DNA of 64,000 nt from Dendrobates tinctorius (Eukaryota): positions 22,258,001 through 22,322,000 of the forward strand of contig NW_027361784.1 in NCBI RefSeq assembly GCF_039654945.1, in the 5' to 3' direction. Position 1 is the first letter of the stretch. Each line of letters begins with the position of its first letter. The notes under the pieces are model-generated. The model searched no databases. It was not told where the DNA came from and worked only from the letters and a program-made list of their open reading frames with translations. The translations under genes and the position numbers were made by a program. Below, piece after piece: positions 11,986-25,780 of the stretch.

Positions 11986-12930
11986 CTGACCGTCACTTCC
12001 AAACAAAAAACAGGTGTGTACAGGTGCAAACTGAGACTAGTCATCTCTATACATAGCAAACAAATATAGTAGCACTCTGTAGCACTATAGCATGAAAACA
12101 TGAAGTATATGAAATATGAATTGCATCACTGCTCTAAAAAATAGGAAGAAACAAGAATACGTAGCTCATAAATTGGCCAATTGACGTATACCCAACATTC
12201 GCAATAAGGCGATTCTCATTGCTGGGAAACTAATGTGAATCCTCTCCTTGAAACCTGCATTTATGGGTTGGTAGGATTCTGCTATGATTAAAACTGCCAG
12301 AGGCTGATGGGTGGTGTGCTCAATCAGAGAGCCTACATGTAAATATCAAACACTGACCATCATTTCCAAACAGAAAAGAGGTGTGTACAGGTGCAAGCTA
12401 AGAGTAGCCACCTCCATATAAAACCAATCAATAAAGTTGCTCTGTGTAGCTCTGAAGTATGAAAACCTGATATAGATGAAATTTGAATTGCATTACTGCT
12501 CTAGAAACTAGGAAAAAAGAAGAATACTTACCGCATAAATTTGCCAATTCATGTGTGTCCAGCAGCCACCATAAGGCATTTCTCTCTGCTGGGAACCTTT
12601 ATGTTTTCCTGTTTTCTGCTTGGAAGTGATGGTCAGTGTTTTGTTATTTGTATATATAGACTCTCTGAATGAGCACTCAACCTCTCAGCCTCTGGCGGTT
12701 TTAATCACAGCAGGATCCAATCTACCGATACAAATGAAGGCTTCAGCCCAGGAGTGGAATTACATTAGGTTACGTTCCCAGCAAAGAGAATCACCTTGGC
12801 TGCTGGGCACACATGAATAGGCGAATTTATGTGCTAAGAATTCTCATTTCATCTTATTTTCTAGAGCAGTAAAGCATTTCAAATGTCATATATTTCATGG
12901 TTCCCTGTTATAGCGCTACAGAGTGAAACT
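11986..12930. repeat. About 366-bp unit: two direct copies followed by an inverted copy
   Basis: CTGACC(G/A)TCA(C/T)TTCCAAACA...GGTGTGTACAGGTGCAA at about 11986 and 12352; reverse complement TTGGAAGTGATGGTCAG at about 12620. Confidence 0.7.
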
Positions 12931-13322
12931 GTATTTGTTGGTTAAATAAGGAGATCTTGACCATCAAGAATATGCTTGCCAAAGAGGAACAATGATATTT
13001 GCTGATACTTTTGTTATATCTGGACCATGCGAGGGAGGTGTATGGGGAGGGCAGGATTTTTTGGGATATGCACTTGGGAGCTAAGCAGGTAGGTTTGTAG
13101 TCCTTCCTCAGTGATTCTAGGATGAACAATAAAGAAATGATAGGGTAGACAAGGTTTACCAGAGAACACAGGTCACTGCCTCCCTCAAAACCAGCACTCT
13201 CATCCTCTGTTGATGTTACTTTCTCTGATAAATCAGCACAAATATTTACTGTAGGAATAAGACATCAACATAGTTACCAGAAATATATAAAATTTATGCA
13301 ACAGAATAAACTAGTTACTTAC

Positions 13323-13394
13323 CCTTCAAGCCCTTGGGACCTTCCTTTCCTAGTTTTCCAGTTACACCTGTGTCACCTTTTTCACCATTGTCAC
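13323..13394 (-). CDS. COLEC10: COLEC10 coding exon 2 (72 nt, 8 Gly-X-Y triplets)
   Basis: cag|GTGACAATGGTGAAAAAGGT...GGCTTGAAGG|gtaagt; translates GDNGEKGDTGVTGKLGKEGPKGLK; phase 1/1. Confidence 0.93.
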
Positions 13395-13914
13395 CTGTGA
13401 TATGGGGAGACAAGTTGTAAAGTTTTTATTTTGGGACCCAAGATCTTTAAAATCTTTGTATCCCTTTTTTGCAGAATTTTTTTTATATTCTTTTTGTTTC
13501 CTAAATGCAAAGCTACAGGGCATCTGTCACCAACAACATTCCATCTCCACCATTCTTAGCCCTTCTAACAATCATTTATTTACAGAAAACCCATTTTATT
13601 AGATATATAAATGACTGAACCGTAGGGCACTTTTGTCTTAGCCAATGGCTTTATTTTTTTAAAATTTTACAATTTGGTTTCATTAAAACCTATTTCACTC
13701 TTCAGCTTTTACAGACTCTTTTTTCCCTGCACATTCCACTTCGATGTATTTTGTGGCCATAAATCAGCTTAGAGGAGCTCGGGGAAAACAAAAAATAAAA
13801 ACAGATAAAATACCGTAGTTAGAAACTCTCCTATTGGACTAGCAGAATATGATCACTGACAGATTCTCAGTGAAATCATTTTGCAGCCAGCATTAGACAG
13901 TGCAATATTTTTAA

Positions 13915-15070
13915 AGGGAATCTGTCAGCAGGTTTTTTCTACCCCTTTTGAGAGCAGCATGACATAGGGATAGATACCCTGATTTCAGTGATGTTTCACT
14001 GATTTCACTGGGTGATGAAGGGTAGTGCCGAAACGCGCGTCGGGGCTGAAGCCATCCCAGCAGGAGGATTATATGGGTGAATGTCATTAGTTTATTCTAT
14101 TTTTTATGTTGCTCATTTACTAATCTTACCCAGTTATAATCAATTACAACTTGGGCTGGCATGTGACCCCCTTAGTGATATTCTTTTTCCACTATGTATT
14201 CCTTCATCCACTTGTGTACATTGTGTTATACTATTACTCTCATGTATTATCTTCCCCTCCTGCTGTGTTTGTCGCCATCTAGTGTTTCCTCTACTTTAAA
14301 CCATTGTCTGTCTTACATTGTCTTACATTATTTCTATTTAATTTAATAAAGCTTTTTTGTACCTTTCTTGTACAATTCTTGTAGGTTTTTTTTTACTTTA
14401 CTGTGTGCTTTAGTTTTGATGGAAAACTATTCTATTTGCTGACGATCTAGCAGCTCTGCGAATACTGAGCTCTATGTAACCCCTCTCACACCACTGATTG
14501 GCCACTTTCTGTGTACACTCTACATAGGTAGAAAGCTGCCAATCAATGATGGGGGGCATGGCAGCAGGCCAAATAGTCCACTGGTGATAATCTGCTTATA
14601 GCAAAGTGAATTTGTAAAAATTACACAAAATCTATAATCTTTATTCTGCAAGTCATTATGATTACAGAGATTATTTATTTGTTTTTTTTATATTGTACTA
14701 CTTTTAGAAACTAACAAAACAATTTTTTGGATTAAAGTTTTTAACATCGTACTCTAAAACAAAGAGGAAAAGCTCCCCCCCATTTTATATGCAGTATGTA
14801 AAATAGGTGGCAGGTCACTGAGGGATCTGTGATCTGTCATAAGCCCAAACAGATGAATATGTAAGCAGAACACCTCATAAAGCCCCACCCACAGCCCCGC
14901 CCACAGGCTACCCAGGGGCACCACAATATGATTCACTGAAAACTACAAATAAATATTAAACAACAACCACAAGACGGATTCATCACCCAGGTATCATTTT
15001 AATCAGTATAACGGCGCCGACCTGACACTGTCTGTAAGTTATTGTGCACAATCCTGCTGACAGGTTCCCT
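13915..15070. mobile_element. Kolobok/T2-type MITE containing a Penelope-like fragment with a hammerhead-like motif (14013-14045)
   Basis: TTAA TSD; TIRs AGGGAATCTGTCAGCAGG / AGGGAACCTGTCAGCAGG; internal UGAUGAA-GGG..CC-GAAAC GCGC GUC. Confidence 0.8.
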
Positions 15071-15305
15071 TTAATAGGAGACCATCATTTTCCCTATACA
15101 TTGTAATACTGAGGTTTTGCAGTAAAAAGAGTAAGTGATCAAGTGATCGCAGGTTCAAGTCCCCAGTGGGGACTAAAAAATAAAGCAAAAAAATGTTATA
15201 AATGTAAAAATAAAATTAAAAAAATTAATTCCGCTCCCTTTCTACGCTGTGTCTGCAAAAGTCATATCTATTAAACAAAGCAAAGCAAAAACAATTTTTG
15301 TTTAA

Positions 15306-18300
15306 CCCCTTCACCCCTAAGCCTGTTTTCACCTTCCTGACAGGCCATTTTTTTCAATTCTGACCACTGTCATGAGGTAATAACTCTGGAACGCTTCCAT
15401 GGATCCCCGTGATTCTGAGATTGTTTTTTCATGACATGTTGTACGTCATGTTAGTGGTAAATTTTGTTAAATATGACTTACGTTTATTTATGAAAATATA
15501 AAAAAAAAATTCTTTTTTACAATTCTGACCAGTGTCACAGTATGTGGTAATAACTCTAGAACGCTTCAAAGCATCCCAGTGATTCTGAGTATGTTTTTTG
15601 TGACATAAGGTACTTCATAATAATAGTTTATTTATTTAATTTTTTTGCTATATAATGCATTTATTTGTTAAAAAATCTAAAATATGGTGACTTTTTTGCA
15701 ATTTAAAATTTTTTTATTTTTATGCACTTAAATCAGAGAGTTATGTCACACAAAATAGTTAATAAATAACATTTCCCACATGTCTACTTTACATCAGTGC
15801 AATTTTTGAAACATAATTTTATTTTCCCTTAGGAAGTTAGAAAGGTTTAAGTTGACCAGCAATATCTAATTTTTCCAATTGTGAGGTAGCGCTGTCACCA
15901 GCATAGCGTCCAATACAGAGCTTCCCTCTGTTAAGCCTGTGGTCACACAGGTTACTCAATGTCCAGTACTCAGGCTCTTCAGCCTCAAAGTTATCTCACC
16001 TGTCAGGGTTCCCTCATGGCTGCCGCAGATTACTGCAGACGTTCATTCCCTCCTGGGAACTATCAGACGCTTGCAGCCATCACTCCCAGCATTCACGTGC
16101 TGTCAGGCAGGAAGCCCCATCTCCCAGCGGGACCTTCCACAGCGGACCAACCGGGTCCAAGCATTCACTACACGTGACCTACCCTGGCCACCTTAGATGG
16201 TTAGTAGCCACGCCCACCGGTTCACATGGCTATGACCTCATCACAGTTCCTTCACACACTCATACACACTCTACCATAGTGTACTAAACACACCCCCTGG
16301 GTGGGTTTGTAGGTAACTAGGTCTGCCCGTCTCCCTAGTTACCTGGAGACTTCTCCCTGACACATTGAACCAGCACCTCAGCAGTATCACTGATGATCAA
16401 TACACGCATAAGTCTCCATCTCAAGGCCACCCACCTTGAGATACATAATGGTCCTTCCGTATTCTGCCACTCATCCTCTCTCTTGGGACATCCACAAAGC
16501 ACCCCCTAGTGGGCACAGTGGTCATTACACCACACAACAAAATGTACAAAACCATTTTGTTAGGGGCCACCTCACATTTGAAGAGACTTTGAGGGGTCTA
16601 TATGACAGAAAATACCTATTGTAAAAAAAGTGCACCCCTCAAAGTGCTCAAAACCACATTCAAGAAGTTAATTAATCCTTCAGGTGCTTCACAGGAATTA
16701 ATGGAATGTGGAAGGGAAAAAAATAACTTAACTTTTTACAAAAATAATTTTATTTAGACCCCAATCTCTTCATTTTCACAAGGAAAACAGAAGAAAATGG
16801 AACCACAAATTTGTTGTGCAATTTCTCCTGAGCATGTTGATACTCCATATGTAGGGCAAAAGTACTGTTTGGGAGAACGGCAGGGCTCGGAAGGGAAGGA
16901 ACACTGTTTGACTTTTTGAATGCAAAATTGGCTGGAATTGAAAACAAAAGACATGTCCCTTTTGGAGAGCCCCTGGTGTGCCTAAACAAAGGAAACTCCC
17001 CTCAAGTGACCCTATTTTGAACCCCTCAAGGAACTTATCTAGATGTGTGTCAAGCACCTTCAACCCCAAGGTGCTTCTCATAAATTTATAACATTGAGCC
17101 ATGAAAACCAAAAAAATCAATTTTTTTCCCCAAAAAATGTTGTTATAGCCCCAATTTTTTAAATTTCACAAGGGTAACAAGAGAAAATGCCCCCCCAAAA
17201 TTGTGGGAGGAAAGAAGTACTGTTTGGCACATGCATGGTTGAGAAGGGAAGGAGCGCCATTTGACTTTTTGAATGTAAAATTTGCTGGAATTATTAGTGG
17301 ACGCCATGTCACGCTTGAAGAGTCCTTGATGTGCCTAAACAGTGGAAAACCCACACAAGTGGCGCCATTTTGGAAACTAGATCCCTCAAGGAAGGATTTG
17401 AAAGTGAAAAAGGATTTGTCAGCTGAGCTCACCCTCAGTAGTTTCCCATTGCATTCCATGAGACAAAGCACTGTTTATTCTATTATTGCACTTTCCATAC
17501 CCTAATTATATTGATAAGATGTCACAACAATTGCCTCTATTTTAGTCATTCTAATAAAGAAGCTAATTTTTTTCACCAAAGTTGGATCCTTCTGTTCATG
17601 TGCTTTTGAACACAAAATTTGCTGGAATCATTAGTGGACTCCGTGTCCCATTTAGAGAGACCCTTATGTGCCCAAACAGTGGAACCACCCTACAAGTGAC
17701 CCCAATTTGAAAACTAGAACCCTCAAGGAATTTATCTAGATGGGTGGTGAGCACTTTGATCCCCCAGGTGCTTCACAGAATTTTACAATGTTGACCTGTA
17801 AAAATGAAAAAAATATATATATATAAATTCCCCACAAAATTGTTGTTTTAGCTCCTCATTTTTAATTTTCACAAGGATAGCAGGAGAAAATGGACCCCAA
17901 AATTTGTTGTGCAATTTCTCCTGAGTACGCCTATACACCATATGTGTTTGAAAACTAGTTTTGAGACACAGTGCAAAGCTCATAAAGGAAGAAGTGCCAC
18001 ATTGAAGTTCACATTTTGCTTGAATGGTTTGAGGGTGCCATGTACAGTATTGCGAGACTCAAGAGGGACTGAATGTTATTTTCCTCCTGGATCACAGATT
18101 TTCCTAGAATAGGCTATTTTTGTGGAATGAGTTGAAGCTTTTATTGGGAACATTTTCCATAACTTTTGAGATCACAGTTATCCGGCGCTCTACGCTGACC
18201 ACTTACTTTGGGGTTTCCATCTAAATCTCCAAATAGCGTGACAGATGAATCCCTCAAGGAATCCATTCACTATAATGAGGCAGTAGAGTTACTCTGGACT

Positions 18301-19400
18301 CCATCTTGCCTCGGTTCAGCATTTTCCGTCTTCTCAGAAGTGTGCAAAACTGTGCCGGACAGCGCTTTTATGCACGCCTAAAAAGACGGACACTGCCAGA
18401 TCTTGAGTCAGACGGTGTCAGCAGTGCCTCCATCTGCCTTATTATAGGGAATCTTCCGTAGGGAGTTCCGTCTGAATCACGTATTTCAGAGATTTACACA
18501 GAAACGCAGGGGTAAGCGATCAGTACAGAGAGCAGGATAAATCTGAGCCGAGCCTTTCTGGGATCTTTGGGAGGCAAAATGAAAAAATCAACAGCAGGTG
18601 AAGAATTGATTTTATTTATTTTTTACGCTGTTCTTCCTACGGTATAAGTCATAACAGACTTTATTTTTAGGGTTGGTGCAACTACAGCAATACCAGATTT
18701 ATAGCTTTTTTATGTTTGGCTGCTGTCTCACACTAAAAAACGCTTTTTATTGCTCATCACCATATTTTGAGAGCTTTCATTTTTCCATATTTCTGCTGAC
18801 AGAGTCATGTAATGGCTTCTTTTTTTACGGGATGAGTTAACATTTTTATTGGTACCAATTTCGTTCACATAACGATTTTTGATCACTTTCGATGCCAATT
18901 TTTGGGAGGCAGAATTAACAAAAAACAGAAATTTAGGATTTTTTTATGCCGTTCCACGTGTGGCAAAATTAATAAAGCAGCTTTATTATTCGTGTCAGTA
19001 TGATTACAGTGATACCTCATTTATATAGCTCTTTTATGTTTTGGCGCTTTTACACAATAAAAACTGTTTTATAGAGAAAAGAATTGTTTTTGCATCGCTT
19101 CATTCTGAGAGCAATAACTTTTTTATTTTTCTGCTGATGGAGCTATGTAGTGGACTGTTTTCTGCAGAACAAGATGATGTTTTCAGTGATACCATTTTCA
19201 CTTTTTATTCAGTAGTATGAAAAAGCATAGTTTTTTTACGGTGTTCGCTGAAAGGGTTAACTAATGTGACAGTTTAATAGATCAGGTCATTCCGGATGTG
19301 GCGATTCCAAATATGTGTATTTCTTTGGTTTATTTTTTGTTTTTACATAAAGATAAGTATTTTGGGGTATATTGTTTTTTTCACTTTTTAATATTTTGTG
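15306..19400 (-). mobile_element. Non-autonomous piggyBac-family copy (right end not found), with nested insertions
   Basis: TTAA|CCCCTTCACCCC terminus and long homology to 506-1900; internal tandem units. Confidence 0.7.
15880..16534. mobile_element. Solo LTR nested in the piggyBac copy
   Basis: TGTG...CACA termini, 4-bp TSD CAAT/CAAC; host sequence resumes on both sides. Confidence 0.65.
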
Positions 19401-19787
19401 ATATATATATATATATATACACATACAGGGCCAGCTCCAGGTTTTTGAGCGCCCCAGATGAAAAAGTCTCAGTGGCCCCCCCCCCTTTAACACATACCAC
19501 GATTCATGCCGTGTGACATCCGTGGTGCCGGCCAAAATTGGACTTGTCTCCGTGTGGATCATATGGACACGCATGTGATCCACACGGACACTCGGTCTAT
19601 GGCAAAACACGTTCATGTGAAGGAGGCTATAGATTAGNNNNNNNNNNNNNNNNNNNNNNNNNNNNNNNNNNNNNNNNNNNNNNNNNNNNNNNNNNNNNNN
19701 NNNNNNNNNNNNNNNNNNNNNNNNNNNNNNNNNNNNNNNNNNNNNNNNNNNNNNNNNNNNNNNNNNNNNNNNNNNNNNNNNNNNNNN

Positions 19788-20500
19788 AAGAGAAAGAAAA
19801 GAAGAGAAAGAAAGAGAAAGAAAGAGGGGAAATAACAGAGAGAGAAAGAAAGGAAGAGGGGAATGAAAGAAATTACAGAGAGAGAAAGAAAGAGGGGAAA
19901 TAAAGAAACAACAGAGAGAAAAAAGAAAGAAAAAGAACAGAGAGAAAGAAAGTGGACAGAAAAAAAGAACAGAGAGAAAGAAAGAAAGAAAGAAAGAAAG
20001 AATGGAAAAAAGAACAGAGGGAGAGAGAAAGAAAGAGGGGAAAGAAAGAACGGGGCAAGAAAGAAAGAACGGAGAAAGAAAGAACAGAGAAAGAAACAGT
20101 GGACAGAAAAAAGAACAGTGAGAAAGAGAGAAAAAGGAGGGGAAAGAAAGAAAGAACAGAGAGGTAGAGAGAAAAAAAGAGGGGAAAGAACAGAGAGAGA
20201 AAGAAAGAGAGGGGAAAGAAAGAACAGAAAGAAAGAAAGAAAGAAAGGGGAAAGAAAGAAAGATGGGAAAGAAAGAACAGANNNNNNNNNNNNNNNNNNN
20301 NNNNNNNNNNNNNNNNNNNNNNNNNNNNNNNNNNNNNNNNNNNNNNNNNNNNNNNNNNNNNNNNNNNNNNNNNNNNNNNNNNNNNNNNNNNNNNNNNNNN
20401 NNNNNNNNNNNNNNNNNNNNNNNNNNNNNNNNNNNNNNNNNNNNNNNNNACAGAGAGAAAGAAAGAACAGAGAGAGAGAAAGAAACAGAGAGATAAAGAA
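19788..20500. repeat. Polypurine (GAAA/GA)-rich low-complexity tract
   Basis: Direct reading; flanked and interrupted by N runs. Confidence 0.9.
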
Positions 20501-20869
20501 ATATTCTATAAAGATACCATAGCAGCCTGGCTCCCATTGTAGTGCCCACCTGAGCCTCCTGGTGCAGGACATATGATCTGCTCACATGGCCGGCATCCCC
20601 GATTCCAAGGCGATCCAGCTGTCCGCGTTGTCAGAGGAGGACACGGTGATGGATCTGAAGCATTCCCTGAAGTGCCTCCATGGTTCCGTCACAATCTCCT
20701 CCCAAAATTACTTAATTTCTGGTCAGCTTCCAGCACATCACTTCCGGTAGAACGTCACGTGCGAGTTTTAAAGTGCTCCTTGGGGCTCCGCCATGTACTC
20801 CTGTGTCCACGGGAAAAGTAAGCTCCCTGCTGGGGCAGTCTCTCTCGGTTGGGAGGTATGAATGTTCCC

Positions 20870-22995
20870 CACCATACACCTCATACAAGCACGGCTCCAC
20901 TTTGTATACCTTGTACACGTAGACACGCGGCTCTGCCCCATACACATGCAGCTTCACTCCATACACACCCGGCTCTGCTCCGCTCTGTAAACACACGGCT
21001 CAGCTCCGTACACACAGGGTTCCGTTCCGTACACCTCGTACACACACGACTCCGCTCCGTACACCTCATACACATCCGGCTCCACTCCGTACACCTCGTA
21101 CACATGCGGCTCCGCACACCTCATACACATGCGGCTCCACTCCGCACACCTCGTACACACGCGGCTCCGCTCCGTACACCTCGTACACACGTGGCTCCGC
21201 TCCATACACCTCGTACACACGTGGCTCCGGGCTCAGCACCATACACCTCGTACACATGTGGATCCGCTCCATATACCTCGTACACACACGGCACTAGGCT
21301 CCGCACCGTACACCTCGTACACACACAGCTCCGGGCTCCGCACCGCACACCTCGTACACACACGGCTCCGCTCCGCACACCTCGTACACATGCGGCTCTG
21401 CTCCGCACACCTCGTACACATGAGGCTCCGGGCTCCGCACCGTACACCTCGTACACATGTGGCTCCGCTCCACATACCTCGTACACACACGGCTCCGAGC
21501 TCCGCTCTGTACACCTCGTACACACACGGCTCCACTCCGTACACCTCGTACACACATGGCTCCGCTCCGTACACCTCGTACACACACGGCTCCGCTCCAT
21601 ACACCTCGTACACACACGGCTCCGCTCCGTACACCTCGTACACACACGGTTTTGCTCCGTACACCTCGTACACACGCGGCTCCACTCCACATACCTCGTA
21701 CACACACGGCTCCACGCGGCTCCACTCCACATACCTCGTACACACACGGCTCCACTCTGTACACCTCGTACACACACGGCTCTGGTCTCCGCTCTTCACA
21801 CCTCGTACACACGGCTCCGCTCCATATACCTCGTACACACACGGCTCCGCTCCGCACCGCATACCTCGTACACACACGGCTCCGGTCTCCGCTCTGCACA
21901 CCTCGTACACACGGCTCCGCTCTGCACATCACATACAAACACGGCTAAGCTCCGTACACTTCGTACACACGGTCCCGCTCTGTACACCTCGTACACACAC
22001 GGCTCTGCTTCGTACACCTCGTACACACGCGGCTCCGCTCCGTACACTTTGTACATAAACAGCTCTACTACATCCACCCTGTTAACCCCTCCTGAACCCA
22101 CGCATAAACTTCCCCTCATCCAGCACCATACACCTCGTACACAGGTGGATCCGCTCCATATACATCGTACACACACGGCACTAGGCTCCGCACCGTACAC
22201 CTCGTACACACACAGCTCCGGGCTCCGCACCGCACACCTCGTACACACACGGCTCCGCTCCGCACACCTCGTACACATGCGGCTCTGCTCCGCACACCTC
22301 GTACACATGAGGCTCCGGGCTCCGCACCGTACACCTCGTACACATGTGGCTCCGCTCCACATACCTCGTACACACACGGCTCCGAGCTCCGCTCCGTACA
22401 CCTCGTACACACACGGCTCCACTCCGTACACCTCGTACACACATGGCTCCGCTCCGTACACCTCGTACACACACGGCTCCGCTCCATACACCTCGTACAC
22501 ACACGGCTCCGCTCCGTACACCTCGTACACACACGGCTTTGCTCCGTACACCTCGTACACACGCGGCTCCACTCCACATACCTCGTACACACACGGCTCC
22601 ACTCTGTACACCTCGTACACACACGGCTCCGGTCTCCGCTCTGCACACCTCGTACACACGGCTCCGCTCCATATACCTCGTACACACACGGCTCCGCACC
22701 GCATACCTCGTACACACACGGCTCCGGTCTCCGCTCTGCACACCTCGTACACACGGCTCCGCTCTGCACACCACATACAAACACGGCTAAGCTCCGTACA
22801 CTTTGTACACACGGCTCCGCTCTGTACACCTCGTACACACACGGCTCTGCTTCGTACACCTCGTACACACGCGGCTCCGCTCTGTACACCTCGTACACAC
22901 GCGGCTCCACTCCGTACACTTTGTACATACACAGCTCTACTACATCCACCCTGTTAACCCCTCCTGAACCCACGCATAAACTTCCCCTCATCCAG
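20870..22995. repeat. CpG-rich 30-bp minisatellite with an about 880-bp higher-order duplication
   Basis: Unit CGTACACCTCGTACACACACGGCTCCGCTC; blocks starting at about 21235 and 22121 repeat each other, including a unique tail. Probably internal to an hAT-like element starting CAGGGCCAGCTCCAGG at 19426. Confidence 0.9.
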
Positions 22996-23088
22996 CACCA
23001 TGATGACGACCAGCACAGCAGAGTCCTGCAGACAAAGAGGCCCCTGATCATGTAACCCCTGACTCCTCCCCTCCTGTGACCTCATCTC

Positions 23089-24186
23089 AAAGTATTCGGC
23101 CCCCTGGAACTTTTCAACCTTTTCCCACATATCATGCTTCAAACATAAAGATACTAAATGTAAATTTTTGGTGAAGAATCAACAACAAGTGGAACACAAT
23201 TTTGAAGTTGAACGAAATTTATTGGTTATTTTAAATTTTTGTGGAAATTCAAAAACTGAAAAGTGGGGCGTGCAATATTATTCGGCCCCTTTACTTTCAG
23301 TGCAGCAAACTCACTCCAGAAGTTCATTGTGGATCTCTGAATGATCCAATGTTGTCCTAAATGACTAATGATGATAAATATAATCCACCTGTGTGTAATC
23401 AAGTCTCCGTATAAATGCACCTGCTCTGTGATAGTCTCAGGGTTCTGTTTGAAGCACAGAGAGCATCATGAAGGCCAAGGAACACAACAGGCAGGTCCGT
23501 GATACCATTGTGGAGAAGTTTAAAGCCGAATTTGGATACAAAATGATTTCCAAAACTTTAAACATCCCAAGGAGCACTGTGGAAGCGATCATATTGAAAT
23601 GGAAGGAGTATGATACCACTGCAAATCTACCAAGACCCGGCCGTCCCTCAAAACTTTCATCTCAAACAAGAAGATTGATCAGAGATGCAGCCAAGAGGCC
23701 CATGATCACTCTGGATGAACTGCAGAGATCTACAGCTGAGGTGGGACAGTCTGTCCATAGGACTACAGTCAGTTGTACACTGCACAAATCTGGCCTTTAT
23801 GGAAGAGTGGCAAGAAGAAAGCCATTTCTCAAACCTCACTGAGCTCGAGCTGTTTGCCAAGGAAGAATCGGCAAGAATGTCAGTCTCTCGATGTACAAAA
23901 CTGATAGAGACATACCCCAAGTGTCTTGCAGCTGTAATCGCAGCAAAAGGTGGCGCAGCAAAGTATTAAGTTAAAGGGGCCGAATAAAATTGCACGCCCC
24001 ACTTTTCAGTTTTTGAATTTCCACAAAAATTTTAAATAACCAATAAATTTCGTTCAACTTCACAATTGTGTCCCACTTGTTGTTGATTCTTCACCAAAAA
24101 TTTACCTTTGGTATCTTTATGTTTGAATCATGATATGTGGGAAAATGTTGAAAAGTTCAAGGGGGCTGAATACTTTCACAAGGCAC

Positions 24187-24188
<2 letters not shown>
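23089..24188 (+). mobile_element. Internally deleted Tc1-like transposon
   Basis: About 200-bp inverted repeats. The ORF at 23468-23842 is the paired-like DNA-binding domain (GRP motif), joined directly to the C-terminal tail with the DDE region missing. Confidence 0.9.
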
Positions 24189-24242
<54 letters not shown>

Positions 24243-24279
24243 CAATTTTTTTCTTTTTTTTTTTCTTTTTTACTTACCG

Positions 24280-25780
24280 TAGTCCCTCTAAGTCATAGTC
24301 CTGCCCTTAATCCTATCGAAATGTTATGGAAGCACCTGAAGCGAGCAGTTCATGGGAGAAAACCCAACAACTTAACCAGTGGTGTAACTAGAGTCTAATT
24401 TGCCCCAGTGCAAAATTTAGACATGGACTTTCACCTGCATGTTTGTTGGATATTTGAGCCCTTGTAGCATTCCAGATCCTGTGAAGACATATTGTGTTTG
24501 CCCTCTCATGTAACAATGTCCCACATCCTGTAATAATGTCCCCCATCCTGGCTCCTTCATGTAATATTAATTTCCTCCATCATGGCCCTTTCCTGTAAAA
24601 ATTTTTCCCCTCCTGGGTCCCTTCCAGGTATAATGTTTTCCATCCTGTGCCCCTTCCTGGTATACTATCTCCCTTTTCTGGTATAATGTCCTTCAATCTG
24701 GGACTCTTCCTGGTATAATGTCTCCTTTTCCTGGAATAATGTCCTCTATGCTAGGCCTCTTCCTGGTATCATGTCTCCCTTTTCTGGTATAATGTCTTTC
24801 ACTCTGGGCCCCTTCCTGGTATAATGTCTCCCTTTCCTGGTCCTCCATCCTGGGCCCCTTCCTGGCATGTCTCCCTTTCCTGGTATAATGTCCTCCAACC
24901 TGTGCCCCTTCCTGGTATAATGTCTCCCTTTCCTGGTATAATGTTCCCAATCCTAGGTCCCTTCCTGGTGTAATGTCCTCCATTATGGGCCCCTTCCTGG
25001 TATAATGTCCTCCATTATGGGTGCCTTCCTGGTATAATCCTTCCCATCCCAGGCTTCTTTTGGTAATAATGTCCTTGTTCTGCTGCTCTTATCCAACAAA
25101 TGTAAAAAAAAAATTAAACAATTTTACTCACCTTCCTCTTCTCCCAAAACGTGCAGGGTCCTATTTTATAGCTGTTGCAGAAGCCAGCTGTTGACTTCAG
25201 CGTGCAAGTGACAGGCAGCGCATGAAGTCCCTGCCATGTGCTGCCAGTGACTTGACGTCTACTGCCAGGCTATGTTGGCCGGCACCATGTATTGCTGTAC
25301 AGGGACCCGGCGGGTCTCTGCACCAACAATACATTTCAACTGAATGTGTGTCATCGGTCACACATCCAGCTGAAATAGCTGCTGACGTTAGCAGCCTCCT
25401 CCAGGCCTTGTCGCGGTCACGCTCTCTGTGACCGCAATTGTTATGCCCCTGAGTATAACAGAGTTAAAGCTGTTTTATAGGGAGGAATGGACTAAAATTC
25501 TGCCCAGCCGATATGCAGGATTAGTAATCAGCAATTACCTTAAATGTTTAGCTGCAGTTATTGTTGCTCAAGGAGGTTACACCAGATGCTGAAAGCAAAG
25601 GTTCACATAGTTTTGCCTTTCACAGATGTGATATTGGATCATTTTTCCTCAATAAAAAAATGACAAAATCTAATATTTTTGACTCCTTCGTTTGAGATGT
25701 GAAAATCCGAGTAGTTTTAGGTCTAATTTAGATAGAAGTGCGGAAAATTCTGAATATGTCACAAACTTCACGTTAACTTT
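24280..25780 (+). mobile_element. Tc1 3' fragment split by an hAT-like element
   Basis: SPALNPIEMLWKHLKRAVHGRKPNNL | insertion | TELKLFYREEWTKI. Confidence 0.7.
24377..25451. mobile_element. hAT-like non-autonomous element with an internal CCTGGTATAATGTC minisatellite (about 24530-25075)
   Basis: TIRs CAGTGGTGTAAC / CAGGGGCATAAC; degenerate 8-bp TSD AACTTAAC/AGTATAAC. Confidence 0.65.

Noticed and set aside
19287-20585. Long Phe/Ser/Leu- or Lys/Glu/Arg-rich ORFs
   Set aside because: Low-complexity polypurine tract spanning N runs.
20849-22957. 702-aa ORF and overlapping long ORFs
   Set aside because: Product of a stop-poor 30-bp minisatellite that is open in many frames on both strands; no domain signal.
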